Positions 19,011 through 29,051 are shown, counted from the first letter of the stretch. The stretch is DNA of 64,000 bases from Occultella glacieicola (GCF_004353825.1 NZ_SMNA01000001.1:248001-312000), one strand, 5' to 3'. Program-made: numbers and translations. Notes: generated by a model from the letters alone, not told the origin.

Positions 19011-20375
19011 TCAGGCCCGACGCCCGAACAGGTCCGGCACGCCGACCTCGACGACCCTCACCGACCCGTCCGGCGCAACCAGCACGAACGAGTCGGCGTA
19101 GTAGTCGGTGCCCGAGGCGACCAGGACGACCGTGCCGCCGGGCGCCGTCATCGCCCGCGTCACCGCGTCGCCCATCGGGGTGGTGCCGACCACCGTGCCC
19201 GTGGTGGCGTCGAGGACGTCCAGCCGGAAGTCGTCCCCGTTCGCCGTGATCGTGCTCTGCAGCAGCACGAGTCCGGACGCGGCGCCGGCGGGAGCCGCGC
19301 TCAGGTAGTACGCGTCGCCCGAGGTCGACCCCTGCGCTCGCTCCTCCGGGCTGAGGAGTCCGGGCGGGGTCTTCGTCACCTCCAGCAGGAACTCACCGTT
19401 GTAGACGGGGCCGGGCAGGTCCACGGTGCCCTCCGGGCCGGTCAGACGCACGGTGCCGCCGGGCACCCCGGGCGACAGCGGGCCGTAGTCGAACCGGCTC
19501 TCGCCCACGACCACGGCGTCGGTGGTCTCGTCCCAGCCCGAGTCCAGGTACATCCAGGCGCCGCTGGCGTCCGCGAACACCGACGACTGCCAGGCGTTGA
19601 TGGTCGGCACGTCGGACTCGGTTGCGGTGAGGCCGTCCACCGGCAGGGTGCGGTACTCGCCCAGGCTGGTGATCATCACGATCGCGTTGAGGTTCGGGTC
19701 GTAACCGTAGGCGGCGTACGCAGCCAGGTAGTCCGCCCCGAGTCCCTCGATGTCATCCGGACCGGCCACCCGGCGGCCGTCGGTCACGGACCGGATCTCC
19801 AGGCCGTAGTCGGTGACGACGTACAGGTACTGGGCGCCGGCGGCGAGAACGCCGGCGGCGCCGATCAGGTCGTCGTTCAGTTGGACGTCCCAGATCGGCT
19901 CGCCGGCGACCACGTCCACCGCCGCCAGGCGGATCTGGAACGTATCGTCCCAGAGCCAGACACCGTCGGCCTCGTACGGCATCAGGACCACGTCATCACC
20001 GTCGACCTGGGTGAAGGCGCCCACCGGCAGGAGTTCGGTCGAGCTGCCCTGGGACATGGCCAGCCGGGGCACGCCGAGCACCATGAAGCCGACGAACAGG
20101 ATCGGCAGCAGCGCGCCGAGCCAGCCGAACCGGAACCGACGCCGCCGGCGGGGCGGCACCGGCTCGCCGAAGCCGCCCAGCCCGGCGGCGGACGTCGGGA
20201 CCGACGTGGCCGGCGATGCGGCCGCACCGAAACTGCTCGACGGCGAGGGGTACCCGGCCGCACCGCTCGCCCCGGACCAGCCGCCCCGGGTGCCCGCGGT
20301 GTCCCAGCCGGGCATCGGCGCCTGCGGGCTCTGGTTGAGCGGGCTCTGGCTGACTCCGCCTACCTGGAACGACAT
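19011..20375 (-). CDS. Membrane-anchored beta-propeller-like protein (PA2928-family-like)
   Basis: Disordered N-terminus, poly-Arg then a TM segment, then FQIRLAAVDVVAGEPIWDVQL and YLYVVTDYGL. The family call is from memory. Confidence 0.65.
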   Translation of the reverse strand: MSFQVGGVSQSPLNQSPQAPMPGWDTAGTRGGWSGASGAAGYPSPSSSFGAAASPATSVPTSAAGLGGFGEPVPPRRRRRFRFGWLGALLPILFVGFMVLGVPRLAMSQGSSTELLPVGAFTQVDGDDVVLMPYEADGVWLWDDTFQIRLAAVDVVAGEPIWDVQLNDDLIGAAGVLAAGAQYLYVVTDYGLEIRSVTDGRRVAGPDDIEGLGADYLAAYAAYGYDPNLNAIVMITSLGEYRTLPVDGLTATESDVPTINAWQSSVFADASGAWMYLDSGWDETTDAVVVGESRFDYGPLSPGVPGGTVRLTGPEGTVDLPGPVYNGEFLLEVTKTPPGLLSPEERAQGSTSGDAYYLSAAPAGAASGLVLLQSTITANGDDFRLDVLDATTGTVVGTTPMGDAVTRAMTAPGGTVVLVASGTDYYADSFVLVAPDGSVRVVEVGVPDLFGRRA

Positions 20376-20592
20376 CGTGCCTCCTCACGTCCCGCAGCGG
20401 CCGGGCCCGATGCCCGGCCGTCCACGAGGACGACCCAACCGCGTCGGGAGTCGCAACCGATCTCAGGTTGTCCCTCGTCCGTGGCCGACCTCGGACCAGC
20501 CGCGCTGACATTGGACCTGGCCGGGTCCGAGGTCAACGCGGCAGGTACTAGGTCAGCGCGGGCGGTGGTGGGGGAGCGTCAGGGGGACAACG

Positions 20593-22953
20593 TCAGGGGG
20601 TGGGGTCGGGTCCGGGCGCGGGGGATCGGAGTGGTAGGTCGGCGAGGACGTCCGGGACCGGCCCGAGGTGGATCATGCCGAGCCGGGTCGTCGGCCGGGT
20701 CATCGCCACGTACAGGGCGCCGAGCCCACGTGGACCCGAGGCGACCTCCTCCACGTCGGCCACCAGCACGCCGTCGAACTCCAGGCCCTTGGCCTGCTCC
20801 GGGGTGAGCACCACCACCTCGGCGGTCAGGTCGGGATCGACGCCGAACGAGACGCCGGTCCCACCGAGCGCGGCCGCGAGCGCACCGCCCAGCTCGGTGA
20901 CACGGCCGGCCGGTGCGATCACGGCGAGGTGTCCACCGTCGAGGGCGGCCACCTCCGTGCGCGCGAGGTCGACGACGTCCGCCGTCACCGTGCCCGGCGT
21001 CGAGGCCACCCGCCACGGCGCCTCCCCGCCCTCGCGCGCGGCGACCGGGGCGGGCGCCTGCGGATCCAGGGCGCGCAGGACCGGCGCCGCGGCGTCCAGC
21101 ACGGCCTGCGGGGTGCGGTAGCTGACGCTCAGGTCCACCCGCCGCCAGCGCCGTCGGGGATGGGCGGCCACCAGCGTGTCCCAGGAGGTGGTGCCGGCCG
21201 CGGCGGCCGTCTGGTGGACGTCGCCGACCACCGTCAGCGATCCCGAGGGCACCCGGCGCAACAGCATCCGCCACTGCATCGGGGACAGCTCCTGCGCCTC
21301 GTCGACGATCAGGTGCCCGTAGGCCCAGGTCCGGTCCGCCGAGGCCCGCTCGGCCAGCGAGCGGGAGTCCCGCTCGGCGAACCGCTGGGCCAGGTCCTCG
21401 GCCGAGACCCCCTGCACCCCGGATGCCGCGAGCACGCGCTGCGCGTACCGCAGCTCCTCGCGACGCCGGGCGTCCAGCCGGGCGTCGGCGAGGGTGTCGT
21501 CGACGCCGAGGAGCTCGGCGGCCTCGTCCAGGAGCGGCACGTCGGCTGCACTCCAGCCGGCGCCGGACGCGCGCGCCAGTGCCCGCCGGTCCGCCGCGCT
21601 CAGGTCCGGCGCGAGTTCGGGCCGGTCCGCGACCTGCCCGAACAGGTCCTCGAGCAGGCCCTCCGGCGTGAGCGCCGGCCAGAGCCCGTCCACGACGGCG
21701 GCCACGATCGGGTCCTGCTCGAGCTCGCGGCGCACGTGCGTCACCTCGTGCTCCCCGGCCGTGCCGGTGACTTCGGTCCCGCCACCCTCCACGGCGGACG
21801 GCAGCTGGTCGGCCTGCCTGGCGATCGCGGCGTCGGCGCTGCGCAGCTCCTTCTCGAAGCCCTTCTCGGTGTCCTCGAGCAGCTGCCGGTCCCGGTCGCG
21901 CACGAGCTCGGTCAGGTGCGACCAGAGGCCTTCGGCGAACACCCGCCTGGCAGGGTTGTGCGCGAGGCCGGTGCGCCGGGCGCGCTCGGCCGCGTCGACC
22001 AGCACGGGACCGGCCACCCGGAGCACGTCTCCGGCGAAGGTGACGTCGACGCCGTCGGGCATCTCCTGCCGTGCCCGTACGGCGGAGCCGAGCACCCCCG
22101 CCATCGTGATGTCGCCCTTCACGCGGGCCGCGTCCGGGGACTCGGCCCGGGTCACGGCAGTGCCCGGCAGCAGGGTGTCCGGGGTCGCGAGCACCACCTG
22201 GGTCTCGCCGAGCGAGGGCAGCACCTGCTCGATGTAGGCGAGGAACACGGGGCTCGGTCCGACCACGAGGACACCCTGCTCGGCGATCCGCGGGTAGGTA
22301 TAGAGCAGGTAGGCCGCCCGGTGCAGCGCGACCGCGGTCTTGCCGGTCCCCGGCCCGCCCTGGACCACGAGGATGCCGTCGGCGTCGGCGCGGATGACCT
22401 CGTCCTGCTCGCCCTGGAGGGTCGCGACGATCTCGCCCATGCGCCCGGTCCGGTGCGCGGTGAGGGCCTCCATGAGCGCCCCCTCGCCCACCAGGTCGTT
22501 GTCGGGGGCGCGGTCCAGATCGAGCAGCTCGTCGTTCACGCCGACCACGGTGCGACCCTGGGTGCGGATGTGCCGGCGTCGCTGGACGTCGGTGCCGGAG
22601 GCGGCGGTCGCCGTGTAGAAGTCGGAGGCGACCGGTGCGCGCCAGTCGACGAGCAGCGGGTTCAGGTCGGCGTCCCGCAGCCCCATCCGGCCGATGTAGG
22701 TCGCCGAGCCGTCCCGCCGGTCCAGACGCCCGAAGCACAGGCCGTGCTCGGCCCGGTCCAGATTCGCGCGACGCTCGCTCAGCCGGCTCGCCTGGGCGTC
22801 GCGGTCCACGAGACCGCGCGGGCCGTCAGCGCCGTCGGCACCGGCCCGGTTCGTGGCCGCCAGCGCGGCCTCGGTCTCCTCGCGCAACTCCTCCACTCGG
22901 GCGTAGAGCCCGTCCAGGTACTGCTGTTCGAGCCTGATCGCTGCGTCCGGCAC
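20593..22953 (-). CDS. helD: HelD family RNA polymerase recycling motor ATPase
   Basis: Motifs LCFGRLD, YIGRMG, DWRAP, IVATLQGEQD, QGGPGTGKT, IVDEAQE, AKGLEFD and LYVAMTRPT. Confidence 0.92.
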   Translation of the reverse strand: MPDAAIRLEQQYLDGLYARVEELREETEAALAATNRAGADGADGPRGLVDRDAQASRLSERRANLDRAEHGLCFGRLDRRDGSATYIGRMGLRDADLNPLLVDWRAPVASDFYTATAASGTDVQRRRHIRTQGRTVVGVNDELLDLDRAPDNDLVGEGALMEALTAHRTGRMGEIVATLQGEQDEVIRADADGILVVQGGPGTGKTAVALHRAAYLLYTYPRIAEQGVLVVGPSPVFLAYIEQVLPSLGETQVVLATPDTLLPGTAVTRAESPDAARVKGDITMAGVLGSAVRARQEMPDGVDVTFAGDVLRVAGPVLVDAAERARRTGLAHNPARRVFAEGLWSHLTELVRDRDRQLLEDTEKGFEKELRSADAAIARQADQLPSAVEGGGTEVTGTAGEHEVTHVRRELEQDPIVAAVVDGLWPALTPEGLLEDLFGQVADRPELAPDLSAADRRALARASGAGWSAADVPLLDEAAELLGVDDTLADARLDARRREELRYAQRVLAASGVQGVSAEDLAQRFAERDSRSLAERASADRTWAYGHLIVDEAQELSPMQWRMLLRRVPSGSLTVVGDVHQTAAAAGTTSWDTLVAAHPRRRWRRVDLSVSYRTPQAVLDAAAPVLRALDPQAPAPVAAREGGEAPWRVASTPGTVTADVVDLARTEVAALDGGHLAVIAPAGRVTELGGALAAALGGTGVSFGVDPDLTAEVVVLTPEQAKGLEFDGVLVADVEEVASGPRGLGALYVAMTRPTTRLGMIHLGPVPDVLADLPLRSPAPGPDPTP

Positions 22954-23198
22954 GGATCCCCTTCGGGTCAGTCGGGTGGAACTCGTGGAGAACGACGGCG
23001 GGATGCGGTTTGTTCCCGACGGCGGCACCCGGGTGGTGGTGGCGGGCCTGGCGCGCTCGACGTCCTCCCGGGCCGGCGCCGAGCGGCGCCGATGAGTTCG
23101 GCCGAGGTGCCCGGTCTGTCCCCGGTGAGCGAACCCGCTCCTGCGCGCCGACGCCGTCGCGGCGGCGCGCTGCCGGCACCACAGTGAGGACGCCCGCC

Positions 23199-23672
23199 AT
23201 GCCCAGCATCACTGCGAACCTCTGGTTCGACACCCAGGCCGAGGAGGCGGCGACCCTGTACACGTCGATCTTCCCGAACTCGAGGATCGACCACCTGGAG
23301 CGTTACGGGCCCGGGGCGCCGCTGCCGGAGGGCACCGTGATGACGGTCGCGTTCTCCCTCGACGGCACGCCGTTCGTGGGTCTGAACGGGGGTCCGGCGT
23401 TCGCGTTCACCGAGGCGGTCTCGTTCATCATCGAGTGCGCCGACCAGGCGGAGGTGGACCACTACTGGGACGCGCTCACGGCCGACGGCGGCCAGGAGAG
23501 TCAGTGCGCGTGGCTCAAGGACCGGTTCGGGGTCTCCTGGCAGGTGGTGCCGCGGCGCCTGATGGAGTTGCTCGGCGACCCCGATCCCGAGCGGGCCGGC
23601 CGGGCCATGGAGGCCATGCTGCTGATGCGCAAGATCGACATCGCGGCCGTGGAGCGCGCGGCCGACGGCTGA
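23199..23672 (+). CDS. VOC/PhnB family (3-demethylubiquinone-9 3-methyltransferase-like) protein
   Basis: Motifs LWFDTQAEEAA, LNGGP and CAWLKDRFGVSWQVVP. Confidence 0.92.
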   Translation: MPSITANLWFDTQAEEAATLYTSIFPNSRIDHLERYGPGAPLPEGTVMTVAFSLDGTPFVGLNGGPAFAFTEAVSFIIECADQAEVDHYWDALTADGGQESQCAWLKDRFGVSWQVVPRRLMELLGDPDPERAGRAMEAMLLMRKIDIAAVERAADG

Positions 23673-23704
23673 GCCTCGACCGGCTCGGTTCGGCTCGGTT
23701 CGGC

Positions 23705-24118
23705 TCAGTCCACCTTCGGTTGGGCTCGGTCGCGGCGGTCGTAGGCCCGTTGCGCCGCCGACACCTCGGGCACGGAGTCCTCGAGCACCTCGATGAGGCC
23801 GATCAGCCGGTCCGCCACGCGCTCGCCGAGCCCGCTGAGCCGGTACTCGACATGCGGCGGAAGCGTGGCCCTGGCCTCCCGGATCACGATCCCGTCGCGC
23901 TCGAGTGCCTGCAGCGTCTGGGCGAGCATCTTCTCGCTCACCCCGTCGATGCGGCGGCGCAGCGCGTTGAACCGGATCGCCCCGTCGCGCAGACCGGCGA
24001 CGGTCAGCACGCCCCAACGGCCGGTGACGGTCTCGAGCGCCTGACGGGAGGTGCAGCCACGCTGGAAGACGTCGGCGATGATCTCCGCGGACGGTCCGGA
24101 ATCGGGCTGGGTGGCCAT
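23705..24118 (-). CDS. HxlR/QorR family winged-helix regulator
   Basis: Conserved N-terminal Cys and motifs GRW, GVSEKMLAQTLQALERDG and PPHVEYRLS. Confidence 0.92.
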   Translation of the reverse strand: MATQPDSGPSAEIIADVFQRGCTSRQALETVTGRWGVLTVAGLRDGAIRFNALRRRIDGVSEKMLAQTLQALERDGIVIREARATLPPHVEYRLSGLGERVADRLIGLIEVLEDSVPEVSAAQRAYDRRDRAQPKVD

Positions 24119-24168
24119 GGGCGTCAAGCGTAGTCCGGCGCCGGTGACCCAGCACTGTGAAATACGCC

Positions 24169-24208
24169 GCACTATCGAATCCATTGCACTATCGAAAAGT
24201 AAGTGCAA
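24169..24208. promoter_or_regulatory. Probable HxlR operator
   Basis: Inverted repeat TTGCACT-N11-AGTGCAA (24184-24208) and direct repeat GCACTATCGAA (24169, 24186), both between the divergent genes. Confidence 0.6.
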
Positions 24209-24317
24209 GGATGCGGGTGCCCGATCGGTCCGACCGTCGAGTGCGCCGGGCCGAGACCCCGGCGCTGCCCCGATCCAGGTCAGGGCCACCACACCCGCGT
24301 CCCAGGAGGATTCCCAC

Positions 24318-25193
24318 ATGATCGCCGTCACCGGAGTCACTGGCCACCTCGGCCGGCTCATCGTCCAAGCACTGCTGCGCCGCGGCGTCGAGCCGTCCCA
24401 GGTGATCGCCGCCGTACGGACGCCGGCCAGGGCCGACGATCTGGCCGACCGCGGCGTGAACGTCCGGGAGGCCGACTACGACCGGCCGGAGACGCTGGCT
24501 CCCGCGTTCGCCGGAGTGGACGTGCTCGTTCTCGTCTCCGGGAATGCAGTGGGTGAGCGGGTCCGCCAGCACGGCGCAGCGATCGACGCCGCAAAGTCCG
24601 CGGGGGTGAAGCACCTGCTCTACACGAGTGTGCTGCACGCGGACACGACCCCGCTGCTGCTCGCCCCGGAGCACAGGGCGACCGAGGAACTGATCGCAGC
24701 CGCCGGGATCCCCGCCACGCTGCTGCGCAACGGTTGGTATACGGAGAACTATGTGGCCAACCTCGAGCAGGCGCGTGAGAGCAGCGAGATCCTGGGCAGC
24801 GTCGGCGCCGGGCGGGTTGCCGCGGCCAGCCGCGCGGACTTCGCCGAGGCCGCGGCAGTCGCCGCCATCAACGCCGCCGCGAACCCTGAGCAGGCCGGCG
24901 TGTACGAACTGAGTGGCGACGAGGCGTGGGACTACGCGACCCTCGCGGACGCCGTCGGGCAGGTCATCGGGCGACCCGTCGCCTACCGGGACGTGACCAC
25001 GGCCGAGCACGAGGCGATCCTGACCGGCGCGGGCCTGGACGAAGGGACCGCCGCGTTCGTCGCCGGCCTGGACGCGAACATCCGCGACGGCCTCCTCGCC
25101 GGGACCAGTGGCGACCTCGCCCGGCTGATTGGGCGCCCGACCACGCCGCTACGGGAGGGTCTGAGCGCGGCGCTCGCGACCTCGAGGGTCTGA
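24318..25193 (+). CDS. NmrA-like NAD(P)H:quinone oxidoreductase (YtfG/QorB-type SDR)
   Basis: Motifs IAVTGVTGHLG, LRNGWYTEN and ASRADFAEAAA. GGAGG RBS. Confidence 0.92.
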   Translation: MIAVTGVTGHLGRLIVQALLRRGVEPSQVIAAVRTPARADDLADRGVNVREADYDRPETLAPAFAGVDVLVLVSGNAVGERVRQHGAAIDAAKSAGVKHLLYTSVLHADTTPLLLAPEHRATEELIAAAGIPATLLRNGWYTENYVANLEQARESSEILGSVGAGRVAAASRADFAEAAAVAAINAAANPEQAGVYELSGDEAWDYATLADAVGQVIGRPVAYRDVTTAEHEAILTGAGLDEGTAAFVAGLDANIRDGLLAGTSGDLARLIGRPTTPLREGLSAALATSRV

Positions 25194-25250
25194 TCGAGCA
25201 CGGGCGCGCCACTGCGCGGCTCCCGATCGGAGCGGGCGGGCCTCAGTCCC

Positions 25251-25304
25251 TTTGCGGCCTCTGCGGCCCCTGCGGCCCTCGCGGCCTCTACGGCCCCTGC
25301 GGCC
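25251..25304 (+). repeat. Degenerate 9-bp tandem repeat (CTGCGGCCC-like, about 6 units) over the stop of the DUF1266 gene
   Basis: Sequence reads ttgcggcct ctgcggccc ctgcggccc tcgcggcct ctacggccc ctgcggccg. Confidence 0.7.
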
Positions 25305-26274
25305 GATGGTGCCCGCCGACTCCGGCGGAGCGGACCGCGCCCCACAGGCCGGACTGCCACGGCCGCGCCGGGGTCGGCGGGAGGTGCGGCAGCAGTCCTG
25401 CCGAACCGAGGTCGCCGACGAAGCCGAACGAGCTCTGGCGCAGCGGGGCGTCCCACGGCACCACGGACAGCGGCCCAGCAGGACCGTTCAGGACCGCAAG
25501 GAACTGCCGCGCCTGCTCGTCCGAGGCAGCCTCACCGGCGCCGTCGACACCCTCCCAGTACCAGCGCCCACGGGCGAAGTGGTCGTGGAGGTCGGCCCAG
25601 TCGCGGTAGGAGGCGCGCAGACCCGCGGCGGCGATCCATCCGGTGTCGATCGCCTCGGCCTCACTGAGGTACCCGGCGCCGACGCCCGCGCGGGCCAGCA
25701 TGATCGTGCGGACCAGGTCCCACGCCGTGAGGTCGACGGTGCGGGCGCCGCGGACGTCCTTGAGGACCCGGTGCAGGCGCAGTTCGGTCTGCGCGGCGGT
25801 GCCGGAGTGCTTCGCATCCCGGTGCAGCCCGGACGCGAGCGCGCGCTGGTCCGCGGGCGGCATCGCCAGCCACTGCGCGCGCTCGGCGCCGAAGTCGGTG
25901 CGGTGCCCGGACACGAGCAGGGACAGCAATTGCCGGTGCAGGTCCTCGCGGGAGCGCACCGCCCAGGCCTCCGCGAGGATGGCGAGGCTGTGCCGGGTGT
26001 CGGTGTAGCCGAAGGTGTCCAACGGCTCTCCGGCCGCGAGGGCGTACCAGGAGGAGGCGGCGAGCTGCCAGCCCGCCGGATGGGTGGCGACGGCGTGCGG
26101 GCCGACCAGGAACCGCGACTGATGGTGGGAGGCGACGTCCCTGCGTACCTCTCTGCGCGCGCGTTGCCGGTGCGCTCGTGCGTGTGCCCGGTCGAACAGG
26201 CGGTTCATGGCGAGCCGCCCGGCGATGATCACGACAACGACGACCAGGATTCCGGCGAGGTAGGCGGGCTCCAC
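25288..26274 (-). CDS. DUF1266-domain protein with N-terminal TM
   Basis: Motifs LAEAWAVRSREDL, AWDLVR...ARAGVGAGYL and YRDWADL..HFARGRWYW. Confidence 0.75.
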   Translation of the reverse strand: MEPAYLAGILVVVVVIIAGRLAMNRLFDRAHARAHRQRARREVRRDVASHHQSRFLVGPHAVATHPAGWQLAASSWYALAAGEPLDTFGYTDTRHSLAILAEAWAVRSREDLHRQLLSLLVSGHRTDFGAERAQWLAMPPADQRALASGLHRDAKHSGTAAQTELRLHRVLKDVRGARTVDLTAWDLVRTIMLARAGVGAGYLSEAEAIDTGWIAAAGLRASYRDWADLHDHFARGRWYWEGVDGAGEAASDEQARQFLAVLNGPAGPLSVVPWDAPLRQSSFGFVGDLGSAGLLPHLPPTPARPWQSGLWGAVRSAGVGGHHRPQGP

Positions 26275-26352
26275 GCGACCATCTCAGCAGAACGGCCGGA
26301 CCGCGAGCAACCCGCCGGTGCGGCCGGGACCACGGGCGCGACCGGGAGCGTG

Positions 26353-26493
26353 GGCGACGTGGTTGTGGTCGGCGAACCGCTCGGTGCCGCGGCGATCTCA
26401 CCAGGAGGAGCCGAACGGCTCGTCGTCGCCGTCGAGCGCCTCGGTCGCCGGACTCACGCACCGGCCCAGCCGGGTCGGGTCCTGCGTGCTCAC
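26353..26493 (-). pseudogene. 5' remnant of a nucleoside deaminase paralogue
   Basis: Reads VSTQDPTRLGRCV...DEPFGS, then TGA, then GTERFADHNHVA. Shares identical 18-bp and 17-bp blocks with the gene at 30889-31371. Confidence 0.75.
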
Positions 26494-27098
26494 GGGACCA
26501 GGTGCCAGCAGAACAGCCCCAGCCAGCTCCAGCCCACGACGATCGTGGCGCGCTGGATGAGACCCACCCGCGGGTGGTCGGCCTCCCAGGCGTTGCCGAA
26601 GTACAGGAACAGCCCGCCGGAGGTGGCCGCCGTGACGCCGGAGTAGACGACCCAGACGGGATCGTCGAGCACCAGCGCGGCGACGACCGCGGCCACCGGC
26701 AGCGCGGAGAACACCACCATGCCGGCCCAGTCGTGCAGCCGGTGCCGCAGGCTCGTCGCCGCCGGCGTGGTGTCCGGCGTGCCCGGCGGGTAGCCACGCA
26801 TGGCGTCCATGGGGAACACCCCGGATGCCACGACGGCGAGCCCGAACACCGCGAGCAGCGCCGCCAGCCACCCGCTCCTCGTCGTCTGGTGGACGCCGAG
26901 CGCCGACACGGCGACGAGCAGGCCGCTGACGAGGAAGTTGCTCGTCTGCAGCCAGCCCCTCGGCCCGAGCGCGAGGGCGCTGACGGGCTGCCGGACGGGG
27001 CTGTAGCCAGGTCGGGTCGCCCCGTCGACGAGGAGGACGAGGATGAACAGCGCGGTCCCGGCGCTGCCCGCGAGGAGCAGGGCCGATGGGTCGGTCAC
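26490..27098 (-). CDS. DUF998 family membrane protein
   Basis: Motifs GYSPVRQPVSALALGPRGWLQ, GVFPMD, LHD and GLIQR. Confidence 0.85.
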   Translation of the reverse strand: MTDPSALLLAGSAGTALFILVLLVDGATRPGYSPVRQPVSALALGPRGWLQTSNFLVSGLLVAVSALGVHQTTRSGWLAALLAVFGLAVVASGVFPMDAMRGYPPGTPDTTPAATSLRHRLHDWAGMVVFSALPVAAVVAALVLDDPVWVVYSGVTAATSGGLFLYFGNAWEADHPRVGLIQRATIVVGWSWLGLFCWHLVP

Positions 27099-27114
27099 GA
27101 TCGTGTCCTCCGCC

Positions 27115-27897
27115 TCAGGTCCAGCGGAAGAACTTGGCCGCCAGGCCGCCCGTGACGACGGCCCAGGCACCGAGCGCCAGGAGGTGTCGGGCCTCTGGCA
27201 CCGCGCCGACCCAGGCTGCCGACAGCGCGGCGTTGCCGGCGCCGAACGGCAGCGCTGCACCGATCGCCTGCAGCACGTCCGGCAGGGCGCTGACCTGTCC
27301 GAAGCCGCCGCCGAGGGCGAGCATCACGAAGAACGCGCCCAGGCCGATCGCCAGGGCGGCGTTCGTCGTCGGGGCGAGCGCAGCGATCAGGATGCCGACC
27401 CCGTACATCGCGGCGAGCAGGAGCCCTCCGGCGAGCAGCGCCCAGCCGAGACTCTGCGGCTGGGTCACCCCGAAGAACGCCGCAGCGACGCCCATCATCA
27501 GCGCGACGCCGAGGAGCACCTGCACCAGGCTCACGAGCATCTGCGCGACCAGGATCATCGCCGGCCGAGCCGGAGTGACCGCGAGCCGCTTCAGGATCCC
27601 GTACTTGCGGTAGGAGGCCAGGAACGAGGGCATGTTCACCACACCCACGAGGGTCACCACCATGGTGATGGTCAGCGGCATGAGGATCGCGTTCATCACC
27701 GTGGCACCGCCCGGCAGCACCACGTCACCGCCGTCCCCGATGCCGTTCATCACCATGAGCAGCAGCGGCAGGCCGATCGGGATCAGGAGACCCGAGGTGT
27801 CGCGGACGATCATCCGCGACTCGGCGAGGAACATCTGGCCCCAGGCAGCCGCCGGCAGGCGGCGCGCGGGAGGCAGGCTGGTGGTCGTGTCGGTCAT
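27115..27897 (-). CDS. ABC-2 type exporter permease
   Basis: YRKYGILKRLAVTP motif, six TM segments, and FRW C-terminus. Confidence 0.9.
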   Translation of the reverse strand: MTDTTTSLPPARRLPAAAWGQMFLAESRMIVRDTSGLLIPIGLPLLLMVMNGIGDGGDVVLPGGATVMNAILMPLTITMVVTLVGVVNMPSFLASYRKYGILKRLAVTPARPAMILVAQMLVSLVQVLLGVALMMGVAAAFFGVTQPQSLGWALLAGGLLLAAMYGVGILIAALAPTTNAALAIGLGAFFVMLALGGGFGQVSALPDVLQAIGAALPFGAGNAALSAAWVGAVPEARHLLALGAWAVVTGGLAAKFFRWT

Positions 27898-27909
27898 CGT
27901 CGGCTCCTG

Positions 27910-28842
27910 TCAGCTCAGGTCCCGCGTCGGCTCCGGCTCGCCGAGCTCGTGCCCGGTGAGCTGGAGGAACGCGTCGTCGAGCGTGGCGGTCGTGGTGCGG
28001 AAGTCGGTGGCGGGCACCGCGTGGCGGACCAGGGTGGTGGTGACCTGGGTGACGAGGTCGCCGCGACCGGAGACCCGCACCTGGTCGCCGTCGATGAGGA
28101 CGTCCTCGACGCCGGGCAGCCCGGCGAGCACGGACGGATCGAGCGGCGCATGGGCACGGAAGCTCACGCCGCCGACCCCGGACACCTGCCGGACGAGCCC
28201 GGCGGGGGTGTCCAGGGCGACCACCTTCCCGGCGTCGAGGACGGCCACCCGGTCGCAGAGCCGCTCGACCTCCTCCATGAAGTGGCTGACGAGCACGATC
28301 GTGATGCCGTCCGCACGCATCTCCTCGATGAGGCTCCACATGCTGCGCCGGGCCACGGAGTCCAGCCCGGTGGTCAGCTCGTCGAGCACGGCGAGCCGGG
28401 GCCGGCCGACGAGCGCGAGTGCGATGCTCAGCCGCTGCCCCTCGCCGCCGGAGAGCTGGTCGTAGCGGGAGTCGCGTACCGTGCCGAGTCCGAGCCGCTC
28501 GATGAGCTCACCCGGGTCGAGACCGTCGTGGTAGAAGGAGCGGTACATCCGGATCAGTTCGGTGACGGTCAGGCTCATGTGCAGGTGGGTGGCCTGCAAC
28601 TGCACCCCGACGGCCTGCTGCACCCGGGCCCGCTCCCTGCGGGGGTCGAGCCCGAACACCCGGACCCGCCCGCCGTCGGGCTCGCGTAGCCCGATCGCGG
28701 CCTCGACCGTGGTCGACTTCCCCGCGCCGTTGCGGCCCAGGAGGCCGAAGATCTCACCGCTCTCGACGGCAAGGCTGACGTCGTCGACGACCGCTCGGCC
28801 CCGGTAGACCTTGGTCAGGTGGTCGATCTCGACGACTGCCAT
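27910..28842 (-). CDS. ABC exporter ATP-binding protein
   Basis: Motifs GRNGAGKST, LSGGEGQR and LDELTTGLD. Confidence 0.95.
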   Translation of the reverse strand: MAVVEIDHLTKVYRGRAVVDDVSLAVESGEIFGLLGRNGAGKSTTVEAAIGLREPDGGRVRVFGLDPRRERARVQQAVGVQLQATHLHMSLTVTELIRMYRSFYHDGLDPGELIERLGLGTVRDSRYDQLSGGEGQRLSIALALVGRPRLAVLDELTTGLDSVARRSMWSLIEEMRADGITIVLVSHFMEEVERLCDRVAVLDAGKVVALDTPAGLVRQVSGVGGVSFRAHAPLDPSVLAGLPGVEDVLIDGDQVRVSGRGDLVTQVTTTLVRHAVPATDFRTTTATLDDAFLQLTGHELGEPEPTRDLS

Positions 28843-28946
28843 CGGGCTCCTCCTCGGTTCTGGGTCCCGGTCGCCGCGCGCCGGTCACCCTCGGGGTGCC
28901 CGGCCGCCACGGCTCCGGACGCCGGCCCTCCGACCGGCGTGCCTCC

Positions 28947-29045
28947 ACGCTAGGAATCCGGCAGGGTCCAGCACATCTGCCGGTCGTCACCGGTTCCGCG
29001 CATGACTTCCGGCACCTGCCCCCGGCGGTGCCCGTTCCCTAGGGT
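28947..29045. promoter_or_regulatory. Divergent promoter region with probable response-regulator sites
   Basis: Minus-strand -10 TAGCGT at 28952-28947 and plus-strand -10 TAGGGT at 29040-29045. Two TG(A/C)C-N4-G(T/G)CA boxes lie at 28978-28989 and 29003-29014. Confidence 0.5.
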
Positions 29046-29051
29046 GGGGGC

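Noticed and set aside
20593..22953. helD as a defence-system helicase
   Set aside because: The motifs match the HelD RNA polymerase recycling family, and no nuclease or other defence partner is adjacent.
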